Shown one piece after another: positions 12,330-24,700 of a stretch of 64,000 nucleotides of DNA (position 1 is the stretch's first letter; every line of letters starts with the position of its first letter). The notes under the pieces were generated by a model. It searched no databases. It had not been told where the DNA came from and saw only the letters and a list, made by a program, of their open reading frames with translations. Origin of the DNA: Lama glama (taxonomy: Eukaryota); assembly GCA_028534125.1 (NCBI GenBank), contig CM052818.1, positions 41,914,001 to 41,978,000 on the forward strand, in the 5' to 3' direction. The translations under genes were made by a program, and so were the position numbers.

Positions 12330-12760
12330 ATGTGTCTACACTGGGCTGGGGTGGCTGCCCCCAGGTACTCCCCAGAGTCCCCTTCAGGACCAAAGCACTC
12401 ATCCCTCCCAGCTGCCAGCAGGGTTGCCTACTGATGGCTGCCAGCTGAGTCCCTCCTGGGCACCAGCCTCAGCTGAAGACCGCTGCCACAAGCAAAGTTA
12501 TAACTCTTCCCACAAGGCAGCTCCCTCCGACTGGTTGACATGGAGGTACAAACGACCAGCGCCCAGCTTCAGTCTGGGACAACTCTGAAGAGCTACCCCA
12601 GTTCCAGGTCTCCCTGTGGGATTGGCTGAGGTCCCTATTGCAAGGTCATTGGAGTTCAACTCCTTCTGGCTAATCGCACTTCCTTCGCTGCCCCACAGGG
12701 GTCAATTCAGAGAGCATCCCCCAGTGCATTTACAGTACACAGGTCTCCAGCTCAGAGATG
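12330..12760 (+). mobile_element. ERVL-class LTR (LTR16-like), 5' LTR of a provirus remnant
   Basis: LTR16-type motifs (cccagctgccagcagggttgcc, gggacaactctgaagagc, cagagagcatcccccagt...tctccagctcagag). Directly followed by a PBS-like sequence. Confidence 0.7.
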
Positions 12761-12761
12761 C

Positions 12762-13800
12762 TGGTGCCAGGAATGGTTTGAGGAAGCCGACTCTACCTGG
12801 GATTTTGGAGTCAGACCACTCACCGGCCAGCTGGCCTTGAGGATTCCATCACTTGCAGTAGTGCTTGGATTGCCCTAGGCATGCTGTGAACTTGGTTAAA
12901 AGTTGGCCTTGGTGAACTTGTATAGAGTATCTGTGGAGAGGAATGCACTGGAGGGTAATATCTCAGGTATTTGAGAGGCAGGCAGGAGGGTAGAACAATG
13001 GAGCAGGGTGGCTGTTACTGAGAACTATTGATGCATTTAAGAAAGACAATGGAAGGCTGAGGGCGATTGATCAGTAAGGTCGAGTGTGAAAGCCAGAGGA
13101 CCTTTCTGGTAGCGCAGAAAGAGAGCAACACGGAGGGACTTGGAGACGATCACGTTAAGTGAAGTAAGTTAGACAGAGAAGGACAAATATCATATGATAT
13201 CACTTATATGTGAAATCTAAAAAGGTAATAATACCAATGAACTTATTTACAAACCGGAAATAGACTCACAGACATAGAAAACAAACTACGGTTACCAAAA
13301 GGGAAATGGGTGGTGGGGAGGGATAAATTAGGAGCTGGGGATTAACAGATACATACTACTATATATAAAATAGATAAGCAAGTGTATACTGTATAGCACT
13401 GGGAAACATATTCAATACATTGTAGTAGCTTACAGTGGAAAAAAACTATCTTATCACAATTTAAATAATAAATAAATAATAATCAGAAAAAAATAGATAA
13501 ACAACAAGGACTCACTATCTAGCACAGGGATAACCTATAATGGAAAAGAACCTGAAAAAGAATATTTATGTGTGTGTATCTGTATAATTGAATCACTTTG
13601 CTGTACACCTGAAACTAACACAACATTGTAAATCAACTGTACTTCAATGAAAGAGAAAGAAAGAAAGGGAGACAGCCGGCATCCTGCAGTCAGAGGAGGC
13701 TAAGTCTCAGATCCGGGACTTAATTATAAGGTAGCTGAGCCCAGAGATGGTTGAATTCTCAAGCCCAGCAAGTCTGCAATGCCAGGGTCAGGGTTCTTGT
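12762..13800 (+). mobile_element. ERVL internal sequence (PBS plus decayed gag-like region), interrupted by L1 at 13124-13661
   Basis: TGGTGCCAGGAATGGTTT at 12762 resembles the tRNA-Leu PBS of ERVL. Downstream sequence resembles ERV3-16A3-type internal sequence and resumes after the L1 (ggacttaattataagg...ggttgaattctcaagccc). Confidence 0.65.
13124..13661 (+). mobile_element. 5'-truncated LINE-1 (ORF2 end plus 3' UTR)
   Basis: gcaacacggagggacttggag...gacaaatatcatatgatatcacttatatgtg...acaacattgtaaatcaact with an A-rich tail. Near-TSD AGAAAGAGAG (13116) / AGAAAGGGAG (13662). Confidence 0.9.
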
Positions 13801-13809
13801 ACAAAGTGC

Positions 13810-13962
13810 CGTGAGGCTGCAGCACAATTCAATTCCTCCCGCTGCCCAGTCCCGCTGCCTTCGCTCCTCACACACGTTGTCCCCAAGGGCCTTCCCCAGT
13901 AATCTGCCTGGACTCTAGTCTCACTTTCAGAGTCAGCTTCGCAGGGGAGCCCACACCCGACA
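13810..13962 (+). mobile_element. 3' part of an LTR16-like LTR (likely 3' LTR remnant)
   Basis: Resembles the second half of 12330-12760. Ends cagagtcagcttcgcaggggagcccacacccgaca. Confidence 0.6.
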
Positions 13963-14694
13963 GGGCAGTGGTTATATTAATAAGGAGTGTTCAGATCCCT
14001 GCCCATGGGGTTCACCGTGGAGTTTGGAGTCGGATGACTTCTTTTTATTTCCATCTCATGGTCTTTGCCCTTACTCTGAAACATCCCGCACCCAGCCTCG
14101 CCCAGGCAGCATAACATGGCCATATTTTATGTGCTTCCTAGCCCTAATAAGTACCTGAAACAGTTCTGTTCATTTATTTATTCCAGATCTCCCACTAGAG
14201 TTTAAGTTCCATGAAGACCCAGACCGTGTTTAATGTCATGCCTACGTGTGATGGAAACATTTTTCAGAAGGAAAAAAATAATGAAGGAAGGATGGAAAGA
14301 AGAAAGGGGGCAAGGAAGGATGGAGGCGTCTGGGTTCAAATTCTGACTTTGGTGAACTTGGAAAGATTCTTTGACCTCTTTCAGCTTTTGATTCCTTTTC
14401 TATCAAAGAGAGAAATGAATTATTTTTGGAATTCAATGAGATCATTTGTGCAGAGGACCATTTTACTAGCTTTTTCCCCTGGAAACTTAAGGAAGTTCTC
14501 TTTAGAACAGCACTCAACTCCTTCTCATTCCCCTTCTAACTCACATTGGCCCCCTTTAACCTCTCACCTCCCTTCTAAAGGAGAGAAATCTGGAAATCAG
14601 AGTCTCTAAATGGGAGATGGTGTTGAGGTTAAATTGTAGGCACGGGAAGGCAACCCGTTTGCAATGGCTGAGATCTTATATCAACTTTTGATGG

Positions 14695-14748
14695 TGTGCG
14701 TGTGTGTTAGTGGTGGTGGTGATGGTGGTGGTGGTGTGTGTGTGTGTG
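14695..14748. repeat. Compound (GT)n/(GGT)n microsatellite
   Basis: Seen directly in the sequence. Confidence 0.9.
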
Positions 14749-15671
14749 GATGGGTGGATACCTCAGAGGTCTAACGCCTCCAAGTTGTCAGCAGCGAGCG
14801 TCAGGCTCTCCGGAAGCCTGGCTTCCATCCTGGAATGGTCCTGGGGTGATTTCCCCGGGAAGGCTGCTCCTGGGCACTGCGGACCAGCATTGTCACCAGC
14901 TGCTCTGATTCTGGGATTTTCCATCTCGGTTTCCACTTTCTTTTCAAAGTCTTTTCCTTTACCTTATTGAGAATTGTAAACAGGATGAATTTTTTGGTTC
15001 ACTTGCATTTATTGACTCATTTATTTTATTCTTTCATGATAGTAGTAAACACACTTGAAAAAACTCTTGGATAAGTACAAATAGGCAGTGGAAAATAAAG
15101 AGTCAAAACCACTCTTTTCCTACCCTGATTCTGTCTCCTAGGTCTCAACTATTTGCCCCCATCTGTCTACACAATATGCTTATATTACTGTTTCTTTTCT
15201 CTCCCCAGCTTTCTTGAGATATAATTGACACATAACACTGTAAGTTTAAGGTGTACAATGTGATGATTTGACTGTATCTATACTGCAAAGTGTTGATCAC
15301 AGTAAGGCTAGTGAACACCTCCATCATCTCACCTCATTGCATTCTTTATTGATGCCTTTAGATTTTTGTCTTTTGACTTCTTGGTATGGGAATTGAGATT
15401 TTAGCCCTCTTACACACTCTTTCCCCAACCACTCAGCTGCACACCAATTCCCACTTCTCTCCTTCCATTTCTCCCAATATAGTATATGGATTTGGCTAAG
15501 TAAATAATCTTTACTTACATTTTTACATCACTGTAAAGATGTTTGAAACACAGCCTCTTTGGTACTATCATTACATTTCCTATCTTGCACAACTTTTTTC
15601 TATTCTTTGGAGCTAGTAATTGCTTCATTTTGTTTACTTGGCTTTCTATCTATCTATCTATCTATCTAACT

Positions 15672-16009
15672 CTGGTGAAGGACGTGGTACAGACTGTGAC
15701 CCAGTGATCCCAAGTGCTGTGACCTCTTTGACCCTCACTTGTCCCTCCCTCGTGATATCTAGGCTGTTAGCTTCTCTTTCTCATTCTTTCTCTCTCATAT
15801 CAGAGTCCTCATTCCAGATAGCTTCCAGGGGTCCTCTCTCTCTCTGGTCATTGTCAGGCTCCTCCCAGCTCCCCTCCCCATGGATTTCTTGGTGACCTGT
15901 GCAGAGGGAGACAACAGCTGCTCCATTTAGTCCTCCCAGCTTTGGGTAGCTATCTGTGTAGCAAAATCTCAATAAAACATCTTCTTCCTAAAAACAAAAC
16001 AAAACAAAA
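15672..16009 (+). pseudogene. Probable 5'-truncated processed retrocopy (last codons, 3' UTR and decayed poly(A)); parent gene not recognised
   Basis: Frame LVKDVVQTVTQ-stop at 15672-15707, ~260 nt of non-repeat-like UTR, AATAAA at 15971-15976 and an (AAAAC)n tail from 15990. AACTCT occurs on both sides (15668-15673, 16008-16013). Confidence 0.55.
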
Positions 16010-19000
16010 CTCTCTAATAGAACTGTATTTCCTTTGTATTTTCAGTGGTGCCGTCAGACACACGAAGTAAGCTGTGTCTTTCATTTTTTGTTCCTTGGAA
16101 ACATCCTTTCTGGAGCATTCCATCCTCCTGTTCCAATCTGGGTGGACGGTTCTCTCATGTTCAACTATGATGCAGGCTTTCTCTTACCAACTTCCTGGGC
16201 ATTCCCATCTCCTGTCTCTCATGTTGGATCCCCAAAGTCCTATATACCATATCTTTTTTTAAAAAGAGATTTAAAAGAATTTAACCCCTTTACTGAGGTG
16301 TAATTAACAAACAGTAAACTTTACATGTTAAAATGTACAATTGGATAAATGTTGACATATGCATGCATTTATGAAGCCATCGCCACACTCAAGTTAATGA
16401 ACATATCCATCACCCCCTAAAATGTCCTTGTGTCTCTTTGTAATCCCTCTTTTTTGTTCCTACTCCATCCCCAGGCAACCACTGATCAGCTTTCTGTCCC
16501 TGTAGAGTGGCTGGTATTTTCCAGAGTTTTGTATAAAAGGATTTGTATAGTATGTACTTGTTTTTATCCAGCTTCCTTTGGTCAGCATAATTATTTTGAG
16601 ATTTATCCATGTTTTGGTCTACATTCATAGTTTATTACTTTTTTTTTTTTTTTGGCTGAGTGGTTGTCCATCATATAGATGGCCCACAATTTGCTCAGTG
16701 AGTCTCTATTCTTTAGTTATTCAAAATAAAACTCGTAGGAACATTCATCTAAGCATCGCTGATGGGACACGTGCTTTTTACTTCTCTTGGGTAAACAGCT
16801 AGGAGAGGAATGACCAGGTCATAGAGAGGTGTGTTTGTTACTGCTTTTGTTGTTGTTTAGCAAACTGCCAAACTGTTTTCTAAAATGTTGGTACCACATT
16901 ACCTTCCCATCAGCAGCACTGAGAGTTCCCCTGGTTCCCCATTCTGGCTAATACCTAGTACAATCAGTCTTTTTCATTTTAGATGTTCTACTGGATGTTT
17001 ACTGGGATCTCATTACGGTTTTAATTTCTTGTAGGCAACCTATAGTTGGGTCTTGTTTTTAATTCACTCTATCTCTATCTTTAGTTGGCACATTAAGACC
17101 ATTGATGCTCAAGGTGATTAATGACATAGCTGGATTAATATCTTGGATGTTCAAGACAGAATACAGCTGTAGCCGTATGTGCTGCCATATTCTGTTTATC
17201 CTTTGTTCCTTTGTTCCTTTTGCGGTTTTAATTTCAAACATTTATATAATTGCATTTTCTCTCCTTTTATAGGATATCAGTTACACTTTTTTAAAAGATT
17301 TTCTAGTCATTGCCCTAGAGTTTGAAATATACATTTACAGCTAATCCAAGTCCACTTTCAAATAACACTAGACCACTTCCTGTGTAGTGCAATTATTTTA
17401 TAATAACCAAATAATCGTAATTTGTCTCTCCAGCCCCTTGTATCATTGTTGTCATTCATTCTATTTATATATAAGCATACGTAAGTATGTATATGTATGT
17501 AAGCATATATATATATATATATGTAAGCATATATAATCAAATACATTGTTGCTTTATTATTATGAATAAACTTTTATCTGTTAAATCAATCACAAGGAAA
17601 ATAACATTTTTATTTTAACTTCACTTATTACTTCTTTGAAAATACTCTTCCTTTCTTTAGGTAGATCTGACTTTTGATCCTTTTCATTTCCATATGAATT
17701 TTGGAATCTGTACGTCAATTCCTACAAAAAAATGCTTTTTATTGGAAGTATATTGGCTCTGGAGAAATCTAGTGAGATTTAGTGGAGATTCTTAAGAAGT
17801 ATCTAAAGAATATAGAGTCATTGGATCCATGAACCACATATTTCTCTATGTATTTAGGTCTTTAATTTCTCTCAACAATGTTTTATGTTTTCAACTTGAA
17901 GGCCTTGCACACCTTTTGTGAGACTTGTCCCTAAGTAGTTAATATTTTTAACATCACTGTCAATGATATTTTAAAATTTCCATTTCTGATTCGTTGTTGC
18001 TAGTCTGTAGCACTACAGTTGCTTTTTGCATATTGATCTTGTGTCCTGCAACTTTGCTAGACTCGTTTAATAGTTCTTATAGCTGTTTTGTGGATTCAAA
18101 AGAATTTTCTAGTAGACCATCATGCCATCTATAAATAGAGTTTTATTTCTTCCTTTCCAATCCAGATGCCCTTGAATTCTTTTTCTTGCCTTTATGTGGT
18201 AGCTACCACCCCCAGTACAGTGCTGCATAGAAATGCTGAGAAAATGCATCATTGCCTTGAACTTGATCTTAGGAAGGAAGCATCCAGTTTGTACGATGTT
18301 AATTTTAGGAGTCTTGTAGATGCCCCTTATCTAATTGGAAAAGCTCCCTTCTATTCCTAGTTTGCTGAGAGTCCTTACCAGGAATAGATACTGGGTTTTG
18401 TCTTTTTTTTTTTTTTTTTTGCCATCTATTAGAGATGATCATGTGCTTTATTTTAGTCTCATTTTAGATTTAGTATGTTAATATGGTAAATTATGTTGGC
18501 TGATTTTCAAATGGAAAATCAACCTTGGGTTTCTGGGATAAACAGCAGTGGGTCTTGATATATTAGCCTTTTTATACATTGTTGAATTCAGTTCGCCAAA
18601 ATTTTGTGAACAAGTGTGACGTTTATGCTCACATGGGGTCTTGGTCTAGCTTTCTTGTAATGCCTTTGTCTGGTTTTGATATCAGTATGAGTCTCATAGA
18701 ATCTGTTGGAAAATATTATTTCCTCTTCAGTTTTCTGGAGCGTTTTGAACATAGAATCAGAATAATTTCTTCCTTAAATGTTTGTTCAAATTCACCATTA
18801 AAGCCATCTGGGCCTGGAATTTCCTTTGTGGGAAAGTTTTTTATTTGTTTAAAAAATAGAGGGTTATTCAGGTTATCTATTTCTTCTCAAGGAAACTTTG
18901 GGGGTTTGTCTTTCTAGGAATTTGTCCATTCACCAATTTGTCAAATTAATTAATATCCCTTTAATATCTAGAGAATCTGAAGTAATCCTCTCACTACCTC

Positions 19001-19251
19001 ATTCAGTGCTGAAATTGGCTCCTTCTGGTTTTATCTTTTTTTTTTTTTGACCAATATGACTAGAAGTTTATCAATTTAATTGATCTTCTCAAATTGATTT
19101 CACTGATTTTTCTGGATTACTCATGTGGTTTTTCTCTTCTATTGATTTACATTTTTATCTCCCTTTCTTCTACTTTCTTTGCTTCATTTGCTCCTTTCTT
19201 TTTAGCTTAAGGTAGAGGAGGTCCTTGATTTGAGACATTTCCTCTGTTTCC

Positions 19252-19645
19252 TTTTTTTAAAATTTTTTTATTGAAGTATAGTTGATTATAATGTGTCCAT
19301 TTCTAGAGTACAGCACAATGTCCCAGTCATGCATATACATGAATATATTCATTTTCATATTAAAAAGATTTTTTAAACTTTTTTTATTGATTATAATCAT
19401 TTTACAATGTTGTGTCAAATTCCAGTGTAGAGCACAATTTTTCAGTTATACATGAAAAATATACATATATATATTCATTGTCACATTTTTTTCTCTGTGA
19501 GCTACCACAAGATCTTGTATATATTTCCCTGTGCTGTGCAGTATAATCTTGTTTATCTATTCTACAGTTTTGAAATCCCAGTCTATCCCTTCCCACCCCC
19601 TACCCCCTTGGCAACCACAAGTTTATATTCTATGTCTGTGAGTGT
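19252..19645 (-). mobile_element. Two young LINE-1 3' ends in tandem, nested in the old L1 cluster
   Basis: Two consecutive poly(T)+ttattga starts (~19252 and ~19365). The second matches the 1209-1370 family. Confidence 0.85.
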
Positions 19646-21208
19646 CTTCTGTTTTCTAATACAGTTAGTTAGCACTTTAGATTTCCAAGCACTATCTTGG
19701 ATGATATGTTGTGTTTTTGTTTTCTTTTAGTGGCAAATATTTTTAGGTTTGCCTTGAGACTTTCTCTTTGAACCACAGATAATTCAGACGTGTATTGTTT
19801 AGGATCCAAATATTTTAGATTTTCTAGATCTTTTTCTACTATTGATTTCTAATTTCATTTCATTGTGGACAGAGAAGATACTTTGTAAGACTTGAATCCT
19901 TTTACATTTATAAAGACTTTCTTGTTTTATGGCCTGAATTATAGTCTCCCTTGATAAACGTTTCATGTGTCCTTGAAAATAACGTATGCGGTGCTGTTGG
20001 TGATGTTCTATAAACGTTTATTAAGTCAAGTCGGTTGATAGTGTTAATCTTCCGTACCCTTACTCATTTTATGTGTTCTTGTTTTATAGTTATTGAGAGA
20101 GGGTTGGTGAAATCTCTGACTGTAATTGTGAATTTGTCTGTTTCTCCTTGCAGTTTTATTAATTTTTGCCTCATTTATTTTGAAGCGCAGTTATTAAGCA
20201 CATGATGTTTAAGATGCTGTGTCTTTTTGATGCACTGACCTGTTTTATCCCTGATAACGTTCTTTCCCTGAAATAGACATCATCTGATATGAATATGGCC
20301 ATTCGAGCTTTCTTCTGATTATTTAGCATAGCACATCTGTTTCCCTTGTTGGCTTTTAACCTATTTGTGCCTATATATTTAGGATGAGTTTCCTGTAGGC
20401 AGTATATCATTGGGTCTTGCTTTTTCATCCACTTTTTTTTTGTTGTGGTAAAATATGCATAAGATAAAACTTACCATTTTAGTCTTTTTATAGTGTTGTA
20501 CAGTAGCATCAAATACATTTATAATGTGGTGCAATCATCACTGCTGTCCATTTTTAGAACTTTTTTCATCATTCCAAACAGAAACTGTACTTACTAAACA
20601 ATCACTCCCCATTCCCAACCCCTGGTAACCTCTACTCTACTTTCTGTTTCTATGAATCTGTCTACTCATATAAGTGGAATCACACAATTTTTGTTCTTTT
20701 GTGTCTAGCTTATTTCACTTGGCATAGTTCCTTCAAAGTTTATCCATGTTTTAGCATGTATCAGAATTTTATTCCTTTTTAAGGCTGAGTAATATTTCAT
20801 TGTGTGTATATACCTAATTTTGTTAATCCATTCATCCATCAGTGAACATTTGGGTTGTCTCCATCTTTTGGTTATTGAGACTAATGCTGTTATGAACATC
20901 GGTGTGTAAGAATCTGAGTCCCTGCTCTCAGTTCATATCTAGGAGCGGGATTGCTGGATCATACGGTAATTCTACTTTTATCTTTTCGAGGAAGCACCGT
21001 ACTGTTTTCACAGTGGCTACAGCATTTTACATTCCCACCAGTGATGCACCAGAGTTTCAATGTCTTTATATCCTTGTCAACACTTATTATTTGCTGTTTG
21101 TTGTGTTGTTGCTCTTGTTTTTAAAATAATAGCCATCTTAATGGGTATGAAGTGGTGAGTCTTGCTTTTTTTATCCAGCTTAACAATATCTGGCTTTTAA
21201 TTAAAATC

Positions 21209-21712
21209 TGTACTAGTAATCTACTGCTATATAACAAATGACCCCCAAACCCAACAGTGTAAAGTACCAAACATTTTCTATCTCACCAGTTTCCATGGGT
21301 CAGACATCCTGAGGTAGCTCAGCTGGGCAATTTTGGTTCAACATCTCTCAGGAGGCAGCAAAGGGCTGCAGTCTCTGAAGACTGAGACTGAAGACTGCAC
21401 TTTCAAGCTCACTCAAGAGGCTGTTTGCAGGAGGCTGAGTTCATCACCCCATGGGACCCGCCATAGGAACTGTTCATATCATGGCTTTTCCCATAGCCAC
21501 TGCTCCTACGGAGTGATAGAGAGAGAGAAAGAGCGTGTGTGCAATGTCACCCTGCCTTCTAACCTAGTCTCCAATCACACACCGGGACATAAGCCTTACC
21601 CCGTCTTCAGTAAATCACTAAGCGCAGCCCATGCTGGGTGGGGAAGGCTTGTGATGGTGCGAACACCAGAAGGTACGTCTCAGTGGTGGCCATCTTGGAG
21701 ACAGCCTATACA
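21209..21712 (-). mobile_element. MaLR solo LTR (MLT1E/F-like) nested in L1
   Basis: tgtactagtaatctactgctatataacaaatgacccccaaac...gtggccatcttggagacagcctataca. Confidence 0.75.
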
Positions 21713-24700
21713 TCTCAAGGAAGTTAGACCGTTTTTATTCAGTGTGATTATTGATGTGTTTGGGTTCAAATCTATCACCTTACTATTTTTTTTTTCTGTT
21801 TCTCCCATGTGTTCTTTGTTTCACTTTCCCCCTTGTCTGCATTCTTCCGAATTCACTGAGTATTTTTGATGATTCTATGCGAATCTTTTTGTTGGCTTAT
21901 TAGCTGCAGTTCTTTGCTGTCTTATTTTAGCAGTTTTATATATTCTATTTTAATGGTTTTATGTATATTTAGTCTATAGTATACATCTTTAACTTTCTAC
22001 AGCTACCTTCAAGTGATACTGCCCTACTTAGTGTATGAGAATCTTACAACAAAATACTTCCATGTCTTCTCTCTAGGCCTTAGTGATATTATTCTCATGC
22101 ATTTTATGTCCATATATGTTATCAATTTCATAATACATTGCTAATATTTTTATTGTAATTGGTTTTATCATTTAAAGAAATTTCCATGATAACAATTAAA
22201 ATAGTCTGTATATTTATCCATGAATTTGATTTACTTTAGGTGCTGGATATTTTTGTATTCTTAAAAATATTCTTGAATTTTGATCTGGGTTGAGGTTAAA
22301 TTACATGGAAACAATCCTTTTAGTTTTTGTTTTTAATCTTTGTTAGCCTGGAACAAAGAAATTGTCAGTCTGGGATTCACCTCCCAACCAAGTCTGGGGC
22401 AAAACTCTAGTATTTAGCTGATACCTCCTATATTATGAGTTTTTGCAGTTGGACTGTTAGGAGCAGGCAGTAGCCTCAGCGCTACTCAGCTGATCCTTTT
22501 AATGGTTCTTTCTCTGACTGTGCGTGGTTTTCTCACCCACATGCACTGATAAGTACTCAGCTGCACACGTGAGGGGGTCAACCCTCTTCAGATCCCTGAA
22601 GTTCTCTTTCTGTGCAACTCTCTCTGCTCAACCATTCTATCCGGTGAATACCAGCTTCCTTGGCTTCCCCAGAGTTCCAGCTCCATCACCAAGGGTCCTG
22701 TCTTGTTGGCCCACCCTGCGCCATGGGGCTCACTTTGTCCCCCATCCCTCAGAGCTCCCTGGTCTTGGTTACCTGGTGTCCAAAGTCTTGAGAGCTTTGT
22801 TTTACATGTTTTGTTGGATTCCTTATCTGTTTCAGATGGGAGGGTAAATCTGATGCCCATTACCCCATAGTTGCCATATTCCATGTCTTACTTTCTTTAA
22901 CATTCTCATTTTGGTGGAATGTATTCTGCAGTAACTTCCTGAGGAAAAATTTGTTGGAGATCAGGTTTTGAGATCTTTCAAGTCTGAATTGTAAGTTTCA
23001 AAGGACATTTGATTGATATTTTAGATAAGTAGAGTATTTTATATTGGGAAATATTTTCCCTCAGAATTTTCAAGACACTGCTTTCATGTGTTTTTAGTTT
23101 CTGGTTTTCTAGTTGGTTTTTTTCCCTGAAAGATTTTAGGATATCTCCTTTATACTTACCATTATTACATTTTATAACAATATATGTTTTTTTCATACAT
23201 TATATAGGCACTTGGAGGACACTTTCTATTTTTAAAAAGTCATTCTTTAGCTCTGGGAAATTTTCCTGTGTAGTTTCTCTGAAAATTCACTCTGGATTTC
23301 CTAAAATTTAGATGAAGTATCTCCTGATGGGTCTGGGTTCCCTTTTAAAAATTGCTTTGGCTTCTCAAATATTAGAGGCTTTCTTTAAAAATAGGGTGAT
23401 CTTTGTCTATATAACCATATTTTAAAATGAAACCCTAAATAGCTTCGTGTGCAAGTATGGAACTGGTCAGCTTTATTATAATATGATCAGGTGGGGACCT
23501 GACTGGGTCTTTGGGTGAACTTTCAAATGTAAGTATTCACAGATCCCTTTTTTCTTGTTTTGGTCCATCAATTTCTGCCATGAGAATTTCTCCATTTTCT
23601 TGCCAAAATGTGCATGGGGTAGTTATAAGCTGGGTACCACCATTTGGAGAGTCAAGCAAAGATAGGATGGGATGGTATCACTCTGCACTTGTATTTACTT
23701 TTACTTTGTCCTAGTTTTCAAAGCCAAATGTCATCCTGTCCTCAGCTGTACCTGGTGTCTCTAGCATGATATCCTCTGCAATTTCATTACTTTAGGGAGT
23801 AAACTTTCAGCATCCTGCCAAAATGGGTTATGGGAGGGCATCTGGAGTTTTAACTGCTCCTTATGGAGACTTTTAACTAATGCTCCAGTTTTTAGCCACA
23901 TTCTGAATCCTAAAATCTAGGGCCTCCCATATGGAGCTTTCCCATAGTTCCCAGGCTCATGCCAGCTTACGGAAGGAAGTTAGAGACCCCCTTCTCCTCT
24001 CTCTCTTCAGTCAGATGCCATTAGTCCATCTGTTTTTATGCTTTTAGAACTTTGTAGACATCTCTTATTTGTTGCTGTCTCCTCTCTGGTTTACTCAACC
24101 TACTGAAGAAAGATAATTCTTCTCTCTGCCAAGTTAGTTACAGCTAATCAGTCTGTTTTCCAGCTTCTAAAATTCTGTGGCTAGCTCTCCTCTCCCCTTT
24201 GTCCTTGTGCACCATGCCTTTTGCATTCCTTTACTATCATTCTAGTGGATTCCAGGAGGGAGTGGAGATAATTCATGTGTCCACGGGGCATTCACTGGAA
24301 GAGAAGGCAGGGGTCCAGGCAATCTGGACTGCAGTGTGGCAACCAGTGGTGGAGTAGGTAGAATCCACTCCCCGCTCACCTGAGCTGGTTGACCTCCACT
24401 GACCGGTCAGGACCTGTTTGAGAAGAATCAAGGCAGAGACCACAATGTACCCCTGAAACAGGTGCATCACCTGTCACTTCAACAGAGCCATAGGGATTCC
24501 TTCAGATTATTCCAAACACCTGAATTGGCATCTCCTTCATGCAACTCCAGGCCGGCCAGCTCCAGAATCCCCACTCTTGACCACTTTGGTTTGTTCTAGA
24601 CCAAGAGAGGTCAGAGCAGCAACTTTACCTGATACCTTGTCCCTCTTCTGAGATGTCACAGTAGCCTCCCTTCTTGAGCTGCTCAGAGCCCTGTGGCCAG

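Larger units (their letters stand above)
16275..24270 (-). mobile_element. Cluster of nested old LINE-1 (L1M-type) 3' UTR, ORF2 and 5' fragments
   Basis: T-rich plus strand throughout. Minus-strand translations give L1 ORF2 relics, e.g. KKQDPMIYCLQETH (endonuclease) at 20171-20428, MSLITLSINGLNVPTK at ~17060-17130 and MFITALVSITKRWRQPKC at 20705-20899. Confidence 0.88.
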
